A stretch of 46,395 nt of DNA, taken from the NCBI GenBank assembly GCA_027451385.1, contig DAIDJJ010000002.1, forward strand, positions 1 to 46,395, given 5' to 3'. The notes under the pieces were generated by a model. The model had not been told where the DNA came from and made no database searches. It was given only the letters and a program-made list of their open reading frames with translations. This DNA comes from Spirochaetales bacterium. Lineage in GTDB: Bacteria; Spirochaetota; Spirochaetia; JABEVK01. A program made the translations under genes and the position numbers. Within the stretch, counting starts at the first letter, position 1, and each line of letters begins with the position of its first letter. Of the stretch, positions 33,254 to 41,902 are shown piece by piece.

Positions 33254-34276
33254 CTACTTAGGAGCTGTCGCCGAAACCGGGGGAGCGGGTTGTGGCACGA
33301 CACGGACTAGGGGAATATTATCACGATCAGGTAAAGGAGCCGGTGGTCCCTCTTTGGGCTCTTCGAGATATTTGGGAACGCCCCAAAGGATTAAAAGGCG
33401 ACCTTCACGAAGGAGCCGACGATTGGCAGGTAGGGAAAGAATACGGTCCCAGTCAGAATCGGCCAGAATCAAGTCATTGGGGCGTTTACCCCAGACTCCA
33501 CGAGCCACGATTCTGAGGGGATCAAGCCCCACACGGTCTTGAAATCGGCGTTCATTAAAGCGGCTTTCTTGAAAGGCTGCAATTCCCCACTTTTCCAAAA
33601 AACTGGGGTCCATCTGATTCCGAGTAAAGAGGGTCTGCCCTTCTTCATTCATAAAGCGAGGCGAAAGAGAGGGCTCCCAACGAAGTGATGTCCCTGTTCC
33701 GCGCCAGGGCAAGGGACTCATTGCGTAAATCACAATCCCTGAAAAAGGACGGCTGGGGTTCCAGCCCAAAAGATGTTTTAGGGGGTCAGGTTGTTCGATC
33801 GGAGGCAAAAGCTGGGCTAAATCTTTCCAGAGGTTCAACGACCAGCGCATGGTTAAAATTTGTCCCGACGCATCCAGCCGTGAAAACTCAAACTTAAGCT
33901 TTTGGTTCAACTGATCCACAGTAACTCCAAGGTCTGGGTTCTGTCGCAGGGCCTCTGCCACTGAATCTGTCGAGTCCAACTGAACGGTACTTAAACGCCG
34001 CAGAAGTTCCTGCCGACGATGATCTTCAAGATATTGTTCCGCCTGATATTGCTGACGTGGGGCTACCGCTTCTGGGTCTGTCGTGGGAACCACCGATAAG
34101 GGACAACTTAAGGTTAATTCCCACAGACCTTCTCCCCAACGAAACTTCGCCGAAGAGGTCAGTTGTGTTTGAGCATGAGACTGAGTCTGAGCAAACGCCA
34201 AGGAGGCCACACTTACCAGAAGGAGTGCAAACAAGATCGCCAGACTAGCCTGTCCGCGATAAACCTTACCGGGCAA
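33254..34276 (-). CDS. Secreted hypothetical protein, 340 aa, with a Pro-rich C-terminus
   Basis: TTG start and signal peptide MPGKVYRGQASLAILFALLLVSVASLAFA. No family recognised. Confidence 0.55.
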   Translation of the reverse strand: MPGKVYRGQASLAILFALLLVSVASLAFAQTQSHAQTQLTSSAKFRWGEGLWELTLSCPLSVVPTTDPEAVAPRQQYQAEQYLEDHRRQELLRRLSTVQLDSTDSVAEALRQNPDLGVTVDQLNQKLKFEFSRLDASGQILTMRWSLNLWKDLAQLLPPIEQPDPLKHLLGWNPSRPFSGIVIYAMSPLPWRGTGTSLRWEPSLSPRFMNEEGQTLFTRNQMDPSFLEKWGIAAFQESRFNERRFQDRVGLDPLRIVARGVWGKRPNDLILADSDWDRILSLPANRRLLREGRLLILWGVPKYLEEPKEGPPAPLPDRDNIPLVRVVPQPAPPVSATAPK

Positions 34277-35603
34277 CGGAAGCTCCCTCTGGCAACAACA
34301 GGGTCCGACCGATGCTTAAAACATCGTTGGGATTCAACCTGTTAACGGAAGCCAATAATTCCGGTGTTGTTCCATTCCGACGAGCGATGGCGTACAGGGT
34401 GTCTCCCTTGCGAACGGTATATGACGCACCTGGAAGAGGAGACGCTTTCGGAAGGGACGCCACTTCACTGCGGTGGACACCACGGTAAGGACCGACATCT
34501 TTTAGCGCGGGAATAATCAGGGTTTGACCGATTTGAAGGTAGCGTGGGTGCAAATGAGGGTTATTTCGTTCAATCACGGAGTAATCCACGCCATACCATT
34601 GAGCAATTTGAGACAACGTGTCCCCAGCTCGAACTTTGTAAAAATAATAGCGAATTAACTTCAGGCGAGGATCCTCTAAGGCTTTTCGTACCGAATCGGT
34701 CCAGGAGGCAGGAACTTTGAGGCGATAGTCAGGCATTCCGGCAGGAGTGATGGGGTATCGAAGTTCCGGGTTGGCTTCTTCTAGCACCCTCGAAGAAACC
34801 CCCGCTGCATCGGCCAACAACCGCAAGTCGACTGGCCGTGAAACTCGAAGTCGGCTCCAGGGTTCTGAGGGTTCCCAATCTAGGGGAAAGCCATACTTGA
34901 GTTTTTGTGAAAGAATGTTCGCAATAGCCAGAATTTGAGGAACATATGCGGCCGTTTCTTTGGGGAGCCAATGCCGCTCGATAAGCTTCCAATAATTGCG
35001 TTCATGTCCCCGGCGGATAGCCCAATCCACACGGGGGATTCCCGCATTATACGATGCCAAAGCTAAAAGCCAATCGCCGTAATAATCATAACTGCCCCGA
35101 AGGAGCCGAACGGCCCCGATGGTAGCTTTCCAAAAATCTCGTCGCTCATCGATGTAGGGAGTCACTTGAATATTGAACCCGTCTATCGTGTTGAGCATGA
35201 ACTGCCACATTCCCACGGCCCCAGAATTCGAGACAGCATTGTTAGAAAACCCCGATTCTAGCGCGGCCAGCCAGAAAAGCTCGTCGGGAACATGGTATTT
35301 GGTGAGCTGTTCGTGAATAAAATCCCGGTAAGGCAGACTTCGTTTCTGCCAACGGCGTAGGTACGTCAGCCCTTCTTCAGAAGAGTAAAAGGCTAAATCA
35401 CGCCGATACCCTGTACCGTCCTCAGGAGTCAACATCATGGCTGGAGGTGGGACAATGGGATAAATCGGAGGCGCCGCTTGAGGGGTATAAGTCGCGGTCT
35501 TGGGCTCGCCGTAGGACCAAACCGATGGCAAGGGCAAAGAAGTCGAGGCCATTCCAGAGGCGGCAACCCCGAAAACAAGCGCCATTATCAAAAGACTTTT
35601 CAC
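34266..35603 (-). CDS. MltD-like lytic transglycosylase with two LysM domains
   Basis: SLT motif AALESGFSNNAVSNSGAVGMWQFM. LysM repeats YKVRAGDTLSQIAQWYGV... and YTVRKGDTLYAIARRNGT.... GTG 35603 gives the signal peptide (M)KSLLIMALVFGVAASGMA. Confidence 0.85.
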   Translation of the reverse strand: MKSLLIMALVFGVAASGMASTSLPLPSVWSYGEPKTATYTPQAAPPIYPIVPPPAMMLTPEDGTGYRRDLAFYSSEEGLTYLRRWQKRSLPYRDFIHEQLTKYHVPDELFWLAALESGFSNNAVSNSGAVGMWQFMLNTIDGFNIQVTPYIDERRDFWKATIGAVRLLRGSYDYYGDWLLALASYNAGIPRVDWAIRRGHERNYWKLIERHWLPKETAAYVPQILAIANILSQKLKYGFPLDWEPSEPWSRLRVSRPVDLRLLADAAGVSSRVLEEANPELRYPITPAGMPDYRLKVPASWTDSVRKALEDPRLKLIRYYFYKVRAGDTLSQIAQWYGVDYSVIERNNPHLHPRYLQIGQTLIIPALKDVGPYRGVHRSEVASLPKASPLPGASYTVRKGDTLYAIARRNGTTPELLASVNRLNPNDVLSIGRTLLLPEGASVAR

Positions 35604-35616
35604 CTTTTGTCTCCGA

Positions 35617-36696
35617 TCACATTTTGTCTCCGAAAAACACACCAGCCCATTCCCAAGAACCGTTAATTTCAGGATCGGGCGGATAATCAATTCGCTTAAA
35701 GTAGAAGTACCAAGTTGGGATACGATAAGTCCAGCCCGTAGACTTCAAGTAGGCCTCGGAGTCATTGGACGCATCGTCCAATTTCGAAGCGAAGTACACG
35801 GTTCCTCCGCCATAATGGGCTTGGTGAACTAAATCCCGCAAAAATGTCCGAATGTCAAAAGCTTCAGAAAGAGCATCGTTAGGGTCTGTATCATCCCATG
35901 ATAAGGCAAAGAACCCGACTTTGGCTCTTAGCTGTTCCATTTTTGTGGTGTCATTATCCCTGATGGCTTCTTCAAGGTTGGCAATCAAGGTACTGAGACT
36001 CGGAGAAACCCAAGAACGATCAGACTTAGATAGGTCCACCAAAGAGCGGACCCGAGTATAAGCTTGCGGATCACCGGGAACCGTAGGGTCGGGAAACATT
36101 AAAAATGTGTTGTACGCTTTTATAGCCTGCTTCCACAAGCCGAGTTGCTCATAAGCATGGCCCCAATCATAGAACTGGGCTGGTAAAGTTAATTTATAGG
36201 GGAATTGATCCTGCAAATCTTCATAATACTTTCGTTTTAAGGAAGGGGTCGAAACCAAGTGAGTTAATTGACTTAAACAACGATAATGAATCGATTGACC
36301 GTCTTTATATAAATCAGGGTAGTCTTTATAGATCCGTTCATAATAGTACTCCGCTAAGGGGAGAGCCTGCTGTTTTTGGTAGTTTTCCGCGACAGTAAAG
36401 AGATAGTCCGCATCAAAAGGGTCATGGGGATGCTGTTCCACATAGGTTGTCAGAAAGAGGTTGATTTTATCGTAGGACTTTTCGGCCTGCAACCGGCTGG
36501 TGATTAAACGGATCAGGGAATACCGTGACGCTGTGGGCTCTTTACTTTCACCTAATAAGTGAAACAGGCGATGAAGTTCCGTATTGATAGTCCCGGAAGT
36601 TCCGTAGTACACATCTTCGCGCGTCCCGGACTGAACCACAAGGAACGCCGCCGCTACAGCTATCAACGGAAAAATCAGACTCAGGTAGCGTTTCAT
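35617..36696 (-). CDS. Membrane-anchored or secreted TPR-like protein
   Basis: N-terminal hydrophobic segment MKRYLSLIFPLIAVAAAFLVV and helical-repeat-like Y/L/A-rich blocks (AEYYYERIYKDYP, WGHAYEQLGLWKQAIKAYNTF). Confidence 0.55.
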   Translation of the reverse strand: MKRYLSLIFPLIAVAAAFLVVQSGTREDVYYGTSGTINTELHRLFHLLGESKEPTASRYSLIRLITSRLQAEKSYDKINLFLTTYVEQHPHDPFDADYLFTVAENYQKQQALPLAEYYYERIYKDYPDLYKDGQSIHYRCLSQLTHLVSTPSLKRKYYEDLQDQFPYKLTLPAQFYDWGHAYEQLGLWKQAIKAYNTFLMFPDPTVPGDPQAYTRVRSLVDLSKSDRSWVSPSLSTLIANLEEAIRDNDTTKMEQLRAKVGFFALSWDDTDPNDALSEAFDIRTFLRDLVHQAHYGGGTVYFASKLDDASNDSEAYLKSTGWTYRIPTWYFYFKRIDYPPDPEINGSWEWAGVFFGDKM

Positions 36697-36746
36697 GAAT
36701 ACGAAAGTTTAGCACATCGACTCCCACGTTGTCCACGCTCTCACGT

Positions 36747-36807
36747 AAGCTTCATGCTTGCAGAAGAAGTTTCATGCTTGCAGAAGATGGTCGATTTTCC
36801 GTAGAAT
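36747..36807 (+). promoter_or_regulatory. Tandem 20-bp duplication overlapping a candidate icd promoter (TTGCAG-N18-TAGAAT)
   Basis: Unit 1 is AAGCTTCATGCTTGCAGAAG (36747-36766) and unit 2 is AAGTTTCATGCTTGCAGAAG (36767-36786). TTGCAG is at 36778-36783 and TAGAAT at 36802-36807. Confidence 0.45.
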
Positions 36808-36845
36808 AAGCTCATTGCTTTTCCCATCTGTTATGGAGGTCACTC

Positions 36846-38159
36846 ATGTCCAGCCCTTCTGCTCTGAAGAAAACCGCCCAAGGACTCCAGGTTCCCGATC
36901 ATGTCATTATCCCTTTTATTGAAGGAGACGGCACTGGACCGGACATTTGGAAAGCCTCGGTACGCGTGTTTGATGCTGCGGTACGCCAAGCTTATGGGGG
37001 CAAGAGGCAAATTCATTGGAAAGAAGTGCTCGCCGGTGAAAAAGCTTTTCAGCAAACAGGAAACTGGTTACCTGACGAAACGCTCAGCGTATTTAAAGAA
37101 TACCTTGTCGGGATTAAGGGACCTTTAACCACTCCCGTAGGCGGAGGAATTCGCTCGCTGAACGTTGCATTGCGCCAACTCTTAGATCTTTATGTATGTT
37201 TACGACCCGTAAAATACTATGAAGGCGTTCCTAGCCCCGTGAAACGACCGGAACTCGTCGATATGGTCATCTTCCGAGAAAATACAGAAGATATCTATGC
37301 AGGCATAGAATTTGCGGGTGGTACGCCTGAAGCCCAAAAAATCTTAGATTTTTTTGCCCAAAACTTCCCCAAAGAATTTGGAAAAATTCGATTCGGCACT
37401 GAAAAAGCCGCCGCCGACTGGAGAGCGGCACAAAAGTCGGTAGGTCTAACCGTCCCTGTCCCCCAGATTCTCACCGGAGTCGGTCTAAAACCCGTCAGTT
37501 ATCTAGGTACTGAACGACTCGTCAGTGCGGCCATCTCTTATGCCATCGCACAAGGCCGACGCTCTGTTACCCTTGTTCATAAAGGTAACATCATGAAGTT
37601 CACGGAGGGTTCCTTCCGAGATTGGGGTTACAAAGTTGCTAAAGAGCACTTTGGAGCGCAAGAAATCGACAATGGGCCTTGGTGCCGGATACCCGAGGGC
37701 AAACCTGGTGCGGGTTTAATCATTAAGGATTCCATAGCCGACATTACCCTACAACAAGTCTTAACTCGACCCGAAGATTTCGATGTCATCGCAACTTTGA
37801 ATCTCAATGGAGATTATCTTTCAGACGCTCTAGCCGCTCAAGTAGGCGGAATCGGCATAGCCCCAGGGGCCAATATTAATTATGTGACAGGTCATGCCAT
37901 TTTTGAAGCGACTCACGGGACAGCGCCGAAATATGCCAACCTTGACAAGGTAAACCCCTCATCGGTGCTCTTATCGGGCGTGATGATGTTCGAGTATTTG
38001 GGGTGGAACGAAGCGGCCGCACTCGTAGAAAACGGCATTCGCGAGGCCATTGCGGATAAGGTTGTTACCTATGATTTTGCCCGTCTTATGGAAGGGGCGA
38101 CTGAAACCTCCTGTAGCGGATTCGCTGATCATATCATTGCCTCACTGTCCAGAAAGTGA
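36846..38159 (+). CDS. icd: NADP-dependent isocitrate dehydrogenase (homodimeric prokaryotic type)
   Basis: [19 protein letters not shown] and [25 protein letters not shown] blocks. GGAGGT precedes ATG 36846. Confidence 0.93.
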   Translation: MSSPSALKKTAQGLQVPDHVIIPFIEGDGTGPDIWKASVRVFDAAVRQAYGGKRQIHWKEVLAGEKAFQQTGNWLPDETLSVFKEYLVGIKGPLTTPVGGGIRSLNVALRQLLDLYVCLRPVKYYEGVPSPVKRPELVDMVIFRENTEDIYAGIEFAGGTPEAQKILDFFAQNFPKEFGKIRFGTEKAAADWRAAQKSVGLTVPVPQILTGVGLKPVSYLGTERLVSAAISYAIAQGRRSVTLVHKGNIMKFTEGSFRDWGYKVAKEHFGAQEIDNGPWCRIPEGKPGAGLIIKDSIADITLQQVLTRPEDFDVIATLNLNGDYLSDALAAQVGGIGIAPGANINYVTGHAIFEATHGTAPKYANLDKVNPSSVLLSGVMMFEYLGWNEAAALVENGIREAIADKVVTYDFARLMEGATETSCSGFADHIIASLSRK

Positions 38160-38177
38160 GACAATAAAAAGCGAGGC

Positions 38178-38723
38178 ATGATCATGAAAAACTCCAAAGC
38201 AGGCCGCAAAACGCTTATTGCTGGTCTCATTCTCACGGTAACAGGCTTACTCTTACTGTTTTGGACCCAGCATTTTGTTCAACAATTGTTGCGCTGGTGG
38301 CCTTCCGTTTTTATGCTTTGTGGAGGTGTGTTCATTTATCACTATGGTGCACACAAAGCGCGGCCCGTTTTTCTTTTGTTAGGTCTTTTGCTCTTTTTGA
38401 CGGGAACATTCATTCTTTTGCTCAACACAGTTTTGTCAAAATATTTTGAGCTCAAGCAATTATGGCCAGTGTTCATGGGCATTGTTGGGACTTCCATCAT
38501 TCCTTACAGCCGAGGTTTTAAACGAAGCTTGAGAATTTCCTTTGTCATTCCTGGAATTTTTCTGATCGTCTTCATGTTTGTGTTACTGATCTTTACTCTC
38601 CCAGTTGTGCATATCACGTTTACAGATTTTGTTTTGGCTTGGTGGCCGCTTTTGTTAGTCTTGATGGGTCTTACGCTGATTGCCAGCTACTATTTTCGTG
38701 ACAAGGGTCAATCTGAACAGTGA
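38178..38723 (+). CDS. Integral membrane protein, unknown function
   Basis: 181 aa with five or six hydrophobic helices. The stop overlaps the GTG start of the next gene. Confidence 0.6.
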   Translation: MIMKNSKAGRKTLIAGLILTVTGLLLLFWTQHFVQQLLRWWPSVFMLCGGVFIYHYGAHKARPVFLLLGLLLFLTGTFILLLNTVLSKYFELKQLWPVFMGIVGTSIIPYSRGFKRSLRISFVIPGIFLIVFMFVLLIFTLPVVHITFTDFVLAWWPLLLVLMGLTLIASYYFRDKGQSEQ

Positions 38724-39226
38724 AAAAAATTCCTTTTCTCTTCCTCCTCTTCTTAGGGTTACAAATGGGTCCTGCCCTACCGCTTGTTGCCGAATCAACC
38801 CCAGCGGATTCACCAGCCACAGCTACCCCTGACGCCAATTTACCTCAAACCTGGCTGGGCATGAAACCCGAAGAAGCCTACCGCTTGTTGGGTGCCCCAG
38901 CTGAAATCTCAGCTGTAGCGGACAATACGGGTCATCTTCATGTCATTCATTATTATCCCAATTACACCTATCTTTTTTGGTACGATAACCATGTGTGGCA
39001 AGTGCGTTTAGATAAACGATACCAAGGCCAATTCTTGGGTTTAACCATGGGGATGGATCAAGCCAAGGTGACAACCTTGATGGACAAACAATGGGGTCCG
39101 GAACTTGCCACGGGCCCAGATTGGGCAGTTTGGAACTTACCCTACCAAATTTTCTCCCGGAGGCTTAAACTGGTATTTGAAGGCGGAAAGCTTGTAGATG
39201 CCTTTTTCTACCGGGGAGATTTGTAA
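38720..39226 (+). CDS. Secreted hypothetical protein
   Basis: GTG start and signal peptide (M)KKIPFLFLLFLGLQMGPALPLVA. The stop abuts the aroDE ATG. Confidence 0.55.
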   Translation: MKKIPFLFLLFLGLQMGPALPLVAESTPADSPATATPDANLPQTWLGMKPEEAYRLLGAPAEISAVADNTGHLHVIHYYPNYTYLFWYDNHVWQVRLDKRYQGQFLGLTMGMDQAKVTTLMDKQWGPELATGPDWAVWNLPYQIFSRRLKLVFEGGKLVDAFFYRGDL

Positions 39227-40684
39227 ATGAGTCGTCTTTGTCTCGTTCTTACTGGTAAGACCCTTCACGAAAATCGACAGCTGATTTCTCAGTATAGAAA
39301 ATGGATCGATTTAGTCGAACTGCGAGCCGACTTGATTGATCGTAATGAATGGTCAGAGCTGAACTCCTTTTCTTTAGAATTAGATTTGGACATCATACTG
39401 ACTTTGCGTAAAGCCATTGACGGTGGTCAGTGGACCGGAGACGAGCAAGAACGTGAAAGTTTTTTTCGTATGGCGCTTAACGGCCGCTGGGCGTTTTGGG
39501 ATATTGAAGACAATGCCAGGCTACCACTTCTCGAAAGAGAATGGCTTAAAAAAGGTGGCCGGCTCATTGTTTCCTTTCATGATTTTCAAGGCGTTCCGAG
39601 TGATTTAGCGGAACGTTTAAGTCGCGCTCAAGGTCCGGCAACTATTGTGAAGGCTGCTGTTGCGGTTCATGGCTCGGCAGATTTTACTCGATTTTTGCAT
39701 TTGGCTGACCTTCTTTCACCAGGTGACCATGTTATTCTTGCCATGGGACCTTATGGCACCGCCAGCCGTGTCTTAGCTGAAAAGCTTGGTAATCTATGGA
39801 CCTATACTTCTGTGTCTGGACTTTCCCCTTCACTGGGACACTATGACCCCGTAACACTATCAACACTCTACCGCTTTAATCGGTTGACCCCACAAACCAA
39901 ACTGTTGGGGATCATCGGAAACCCTGTGCATCATTCTAAGTCCCCAGCCATTCACAACGCTGGTATGGAAGCCGCAGCCTTTGATGGGGTCTATGTTCCT
40001 TTTCTGACGGATGACCTCGACGCCTTTTTCGAAATCGCCCAAAAACTCGGGATTCAAGGCTTTTCGGTAACGATTCCTTTCAAAGAAAAAATCCTGGCGT
40101 TTTTGGACCACCTTACTCCGGCCGTTCAAGCCATAGGGGCCTGCAATACCGTATGGAAAGAGTCCGACGGTTGGCATGGCGATAACACAGATGCTCAAGG
40201 ATTTCTAGCCCCTCTTGAAGAGCTCTGGGGACCGAACCTTGCCGGAAAACGAGTCACCGTTATCGGCACAGGGGGAGCGGCTCGAAGCATTATTTGGGCT
40301 CTAAAAACTGCTGGGGCAGAAATTTTAGTTCTAGGAAGAAACATCGCCAAGGCAGAAGTACTTGCCACGGAACTTGGCGCGTCATGGGGCCCCCTCGCCG
40401 CAGAAAGTCTCCCCCTGATCAGTACTCATGATGATTTAATTGTTCAAACAACGAATGTCGGTATGGGGGAATTAGAAGGACAGAATCCCTTAGATTGGTA
40501 TGAATTTCATGGTGCTGAAGTCGCGTATGACATCATTTATGTTCCCGAACGAACAGCGTTTCTTCAGGCTGCGGAGGCTTCGGGCTGTCGAATACTGCTA
40601 GGCAAAGACATGCTTCTGCACCAAGCTATAGCCCAGTTTTACCGCTTTACAGGAATTCGTTACCCAGAAGCGCTCCCCTTTTAA
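39227..40684 (+). CDS. aroDE: Bifunctional type I 3-dehydroquinate dehydratase / shikimate 5-dehydrogenase
   Basis: The N-terminal half of about 225 aa is DHQase-I-like (VELRADL..., AMGPYGTASRVL). The C-terminal half has SDH blocks GNPVHHSKSPAIHNAGM and VIGTGGAARS. Confidence 0.85.
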   Translation: MSRLCLVLTGKTLHENRQLISQYRKWIDLVELRADLIDRNEWSELNSFSLELDLDIILTLRKAIDGGQWTGDEQERESFFRMALNGRWAFWDIEDNARLPLLEREWLKKGGRLIVSFHDFQGVPSDLAERLSRAQGPATIVKAAVAVHGSADFTRFLHLADLLSPGDHVILAMGPYGTASRVLAEKLGNLWTYTSVSGLSPSLGHYDPVTLSTLYRFNRLTPQTKLLGIIGNPVHHSKSPAIHNAGMEAAAFDGVYVPFLTDDLDAFFEIAQKLGIQGFSVTIPFKEKILAFLDHLTPAVQAIGACNTVWKESDGWHGDNTDAQGFLAPLEELWGPNLAGKRVTVIGTGGAARSIIWALKTAGAEILVLGRNIAKAEVLATELGASWGPLAAESLPLISTHDDLIVQTTNVGMGELEGQNPLDWYEFHGAEVAYDIIYVPERTAFLQAAEASGCRILLGKDMLLHQAIAQFYRFTGIRYPEALPF

Positions 40685-40748
40685 TCTCTTACCCTGATGA
40701 TCTTGGTTTGCTCTTAAGAGAACTTGTCACGACGCCGATACCGGAAAT

Positions 40749-41138
40749 ATGTTAAGAAGAACTGTTCCGCTTTTGTTGTTGCTGTGGATCATGACGGAAC
40801 CTGTTTCAGGTTCAATTTTTTCTTACACCCCCCGCCAAGATCATCCGCCGCTGGTCGATATTTGGCTTACTGAATACCCTAGTCAAGAAACCTATCATTT
40901 GCCTCGTGAAGCCCAAAAAGTGCAAATCCATGTGGAAAGAACACTTTTCCCTGCTCATGAATTCGTTTTTCTCTGGAAAAGGGACGGGGTTCCCTGGACC
41001 ACAGAAATTAAAAGAATTCCCGCTGATAGTTCACTTCAACAATATTGGGTTGAAGGAGGGCATGACTGGACCCTCGAAATTCAAACTCTCAGCGGGAAAG
41101 TTTACGCTACGGTAGTCTTACTCCGCACTCGGTCGTGA
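40749..41138 (+). CDS. Secreted hypothetical protein
   Basis: Signal peptide MLRRTVPLLLLLWIMTEPVSGS. No family recognised. Confidence 0.5.
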   Translation: MLRRTVPLLLLLWIMTEPVSGSIFSYTPRQDHPPLVDIWLTEYPSQETYHLPREAQKVQIHVERTLFPAHEFVFLWKRDGVPWTTEIKRIPADSSLQQYWVEGGHDWTLEIQTLSGKVYATVVLLRTRS

Positions 41139-41231
41139 AGCTTTCTTGTCTTGCTTCTCTTTGCGCTTTTCCTCCAAAGTCTTCTGCGGTGGCTTTCGCG
41201 TCTCTTTCTTCTGCTTGGATTTCTCGCCCAT
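41118..41231 (-). CDS. Candidate small (37 aa) lysine-rich protein; not in the ORF track
   Basis: GGAGG (rc of 41238-41242) sits 6 nt before ATG 41231. My translation: MGEKSKQKKETRKPPQKTLEEKRKEKQDKKASRPSAE, then TAA at 41118-41120. Confidence 0.35.
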   Translation of the reverse strand: MGEKSKQKKETRKPPQKTLEEKRKEKQDKKASRPSAE

Positions 41232-41261
41232 GGTTGACCTCCTTAATCGGCCCCATCTCTA

Positions 41262-41287
41262 GAAAAACAACACGGGACAACGCCCGT
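41262..41287 (-). terminator. Weak terminator-like hairpin after the 188-aa membrane gene
   Basis: On the minus strand: ACGGG, loop CGTTGT, CCCGT, then GTTGTTTTTCT. The stems are at plus-strand coordinates 41272-41276 and 41283-41287. Confidence 0.35.
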
Positions 41288-41335
41288 TACTTTCATTTTC
41301 ATAGATCACTTACGATTCATGGCCCACTTACGAGT

Positions 41336-41902
41336 TCATTGATGAATAACCCGTCGACCTCTTTGCAGCAAATGCCACCCCAAAAAGTAAAGCAACATTA
41401 CTCCTGAGACAGCCCATAAAACCCAACTGCCCGTTAAGAGTACTACTCCGGGATAATAAAAGACCTCACTTGGGGGCTGAAACAAGGCCAATAATAGTTC
41501 ACTAAGAATTTGCAACAGACTAACCGCCCCAGCAGACAAGGGAAGTAACGGGCTTAAATACCAGCCACTGGACCGAGGATTTATTTTCTTTAAGAAATAT
41601 AAGAAGATCATCATGAACAAACCGGCTGCTGTTAAAGGTAATAAAGCAGACAACCAAAAGCCCGTGGTCATATACCAGTTCACGCCAGACGCTCCCCAAG
41701 AAACAAAAAGTTGACGGGCTTGAAGGGGGGATATCCAGAGATTTTCTTCTAGAAGACCATGTCCCCCTGAAATTTGACGAAGCTGAGCAATCCCCTCAGG
41801 GGAATTGGTTAAAAGACTACCGGCAGCAATAAAAAGTAAAAGAGCAATCAAGATACCCACAAAACGGGCTTTTAAAGCTAGTTTTTGGAAAAAAAGGATC
41901 AT
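41336..41902 (-). CDS. Integral membrane protein, unknown function
   Basis: 188 aa with about five hydrophobic helices. ATGA overlap with the argH stop. Confidence 0.6.
   Translation of the reverse strand: MILFFQKLALKARFVGILIALLLFIAAGSLLTNSPEGIAQLRQISGGHGLLEENLWISPLQARQLFVSWGASGVNWYMTTGFWLSALLPLTAAGLFMMIFLYFLKKINPRSSGWYLSPLLPLSAGAVSLLQILSELLLALFQPPSEVFYYPGVVLLTGSWVLWAVSGVMLLYFLGWHLLQRGRRVIHQ

Noticed and set aside
40711-40720. Perfect 10-bp palindrome CTCTTAAGAG between aroDE and the next gene
   Set aside because: It is too short and has no loop, so it cannot act as a terminator, and it occurs only once. It is probably a chance occurrence.
41135-41407. 90-aa plus-strand ORF
   Set aside because: It has an S/L/P-rich, non-protein-like composition. 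It spans a terminator-like hairpin and the 3' end of the minus-strand membrane gene. The opposite strand carries a better small ORF with an SD.
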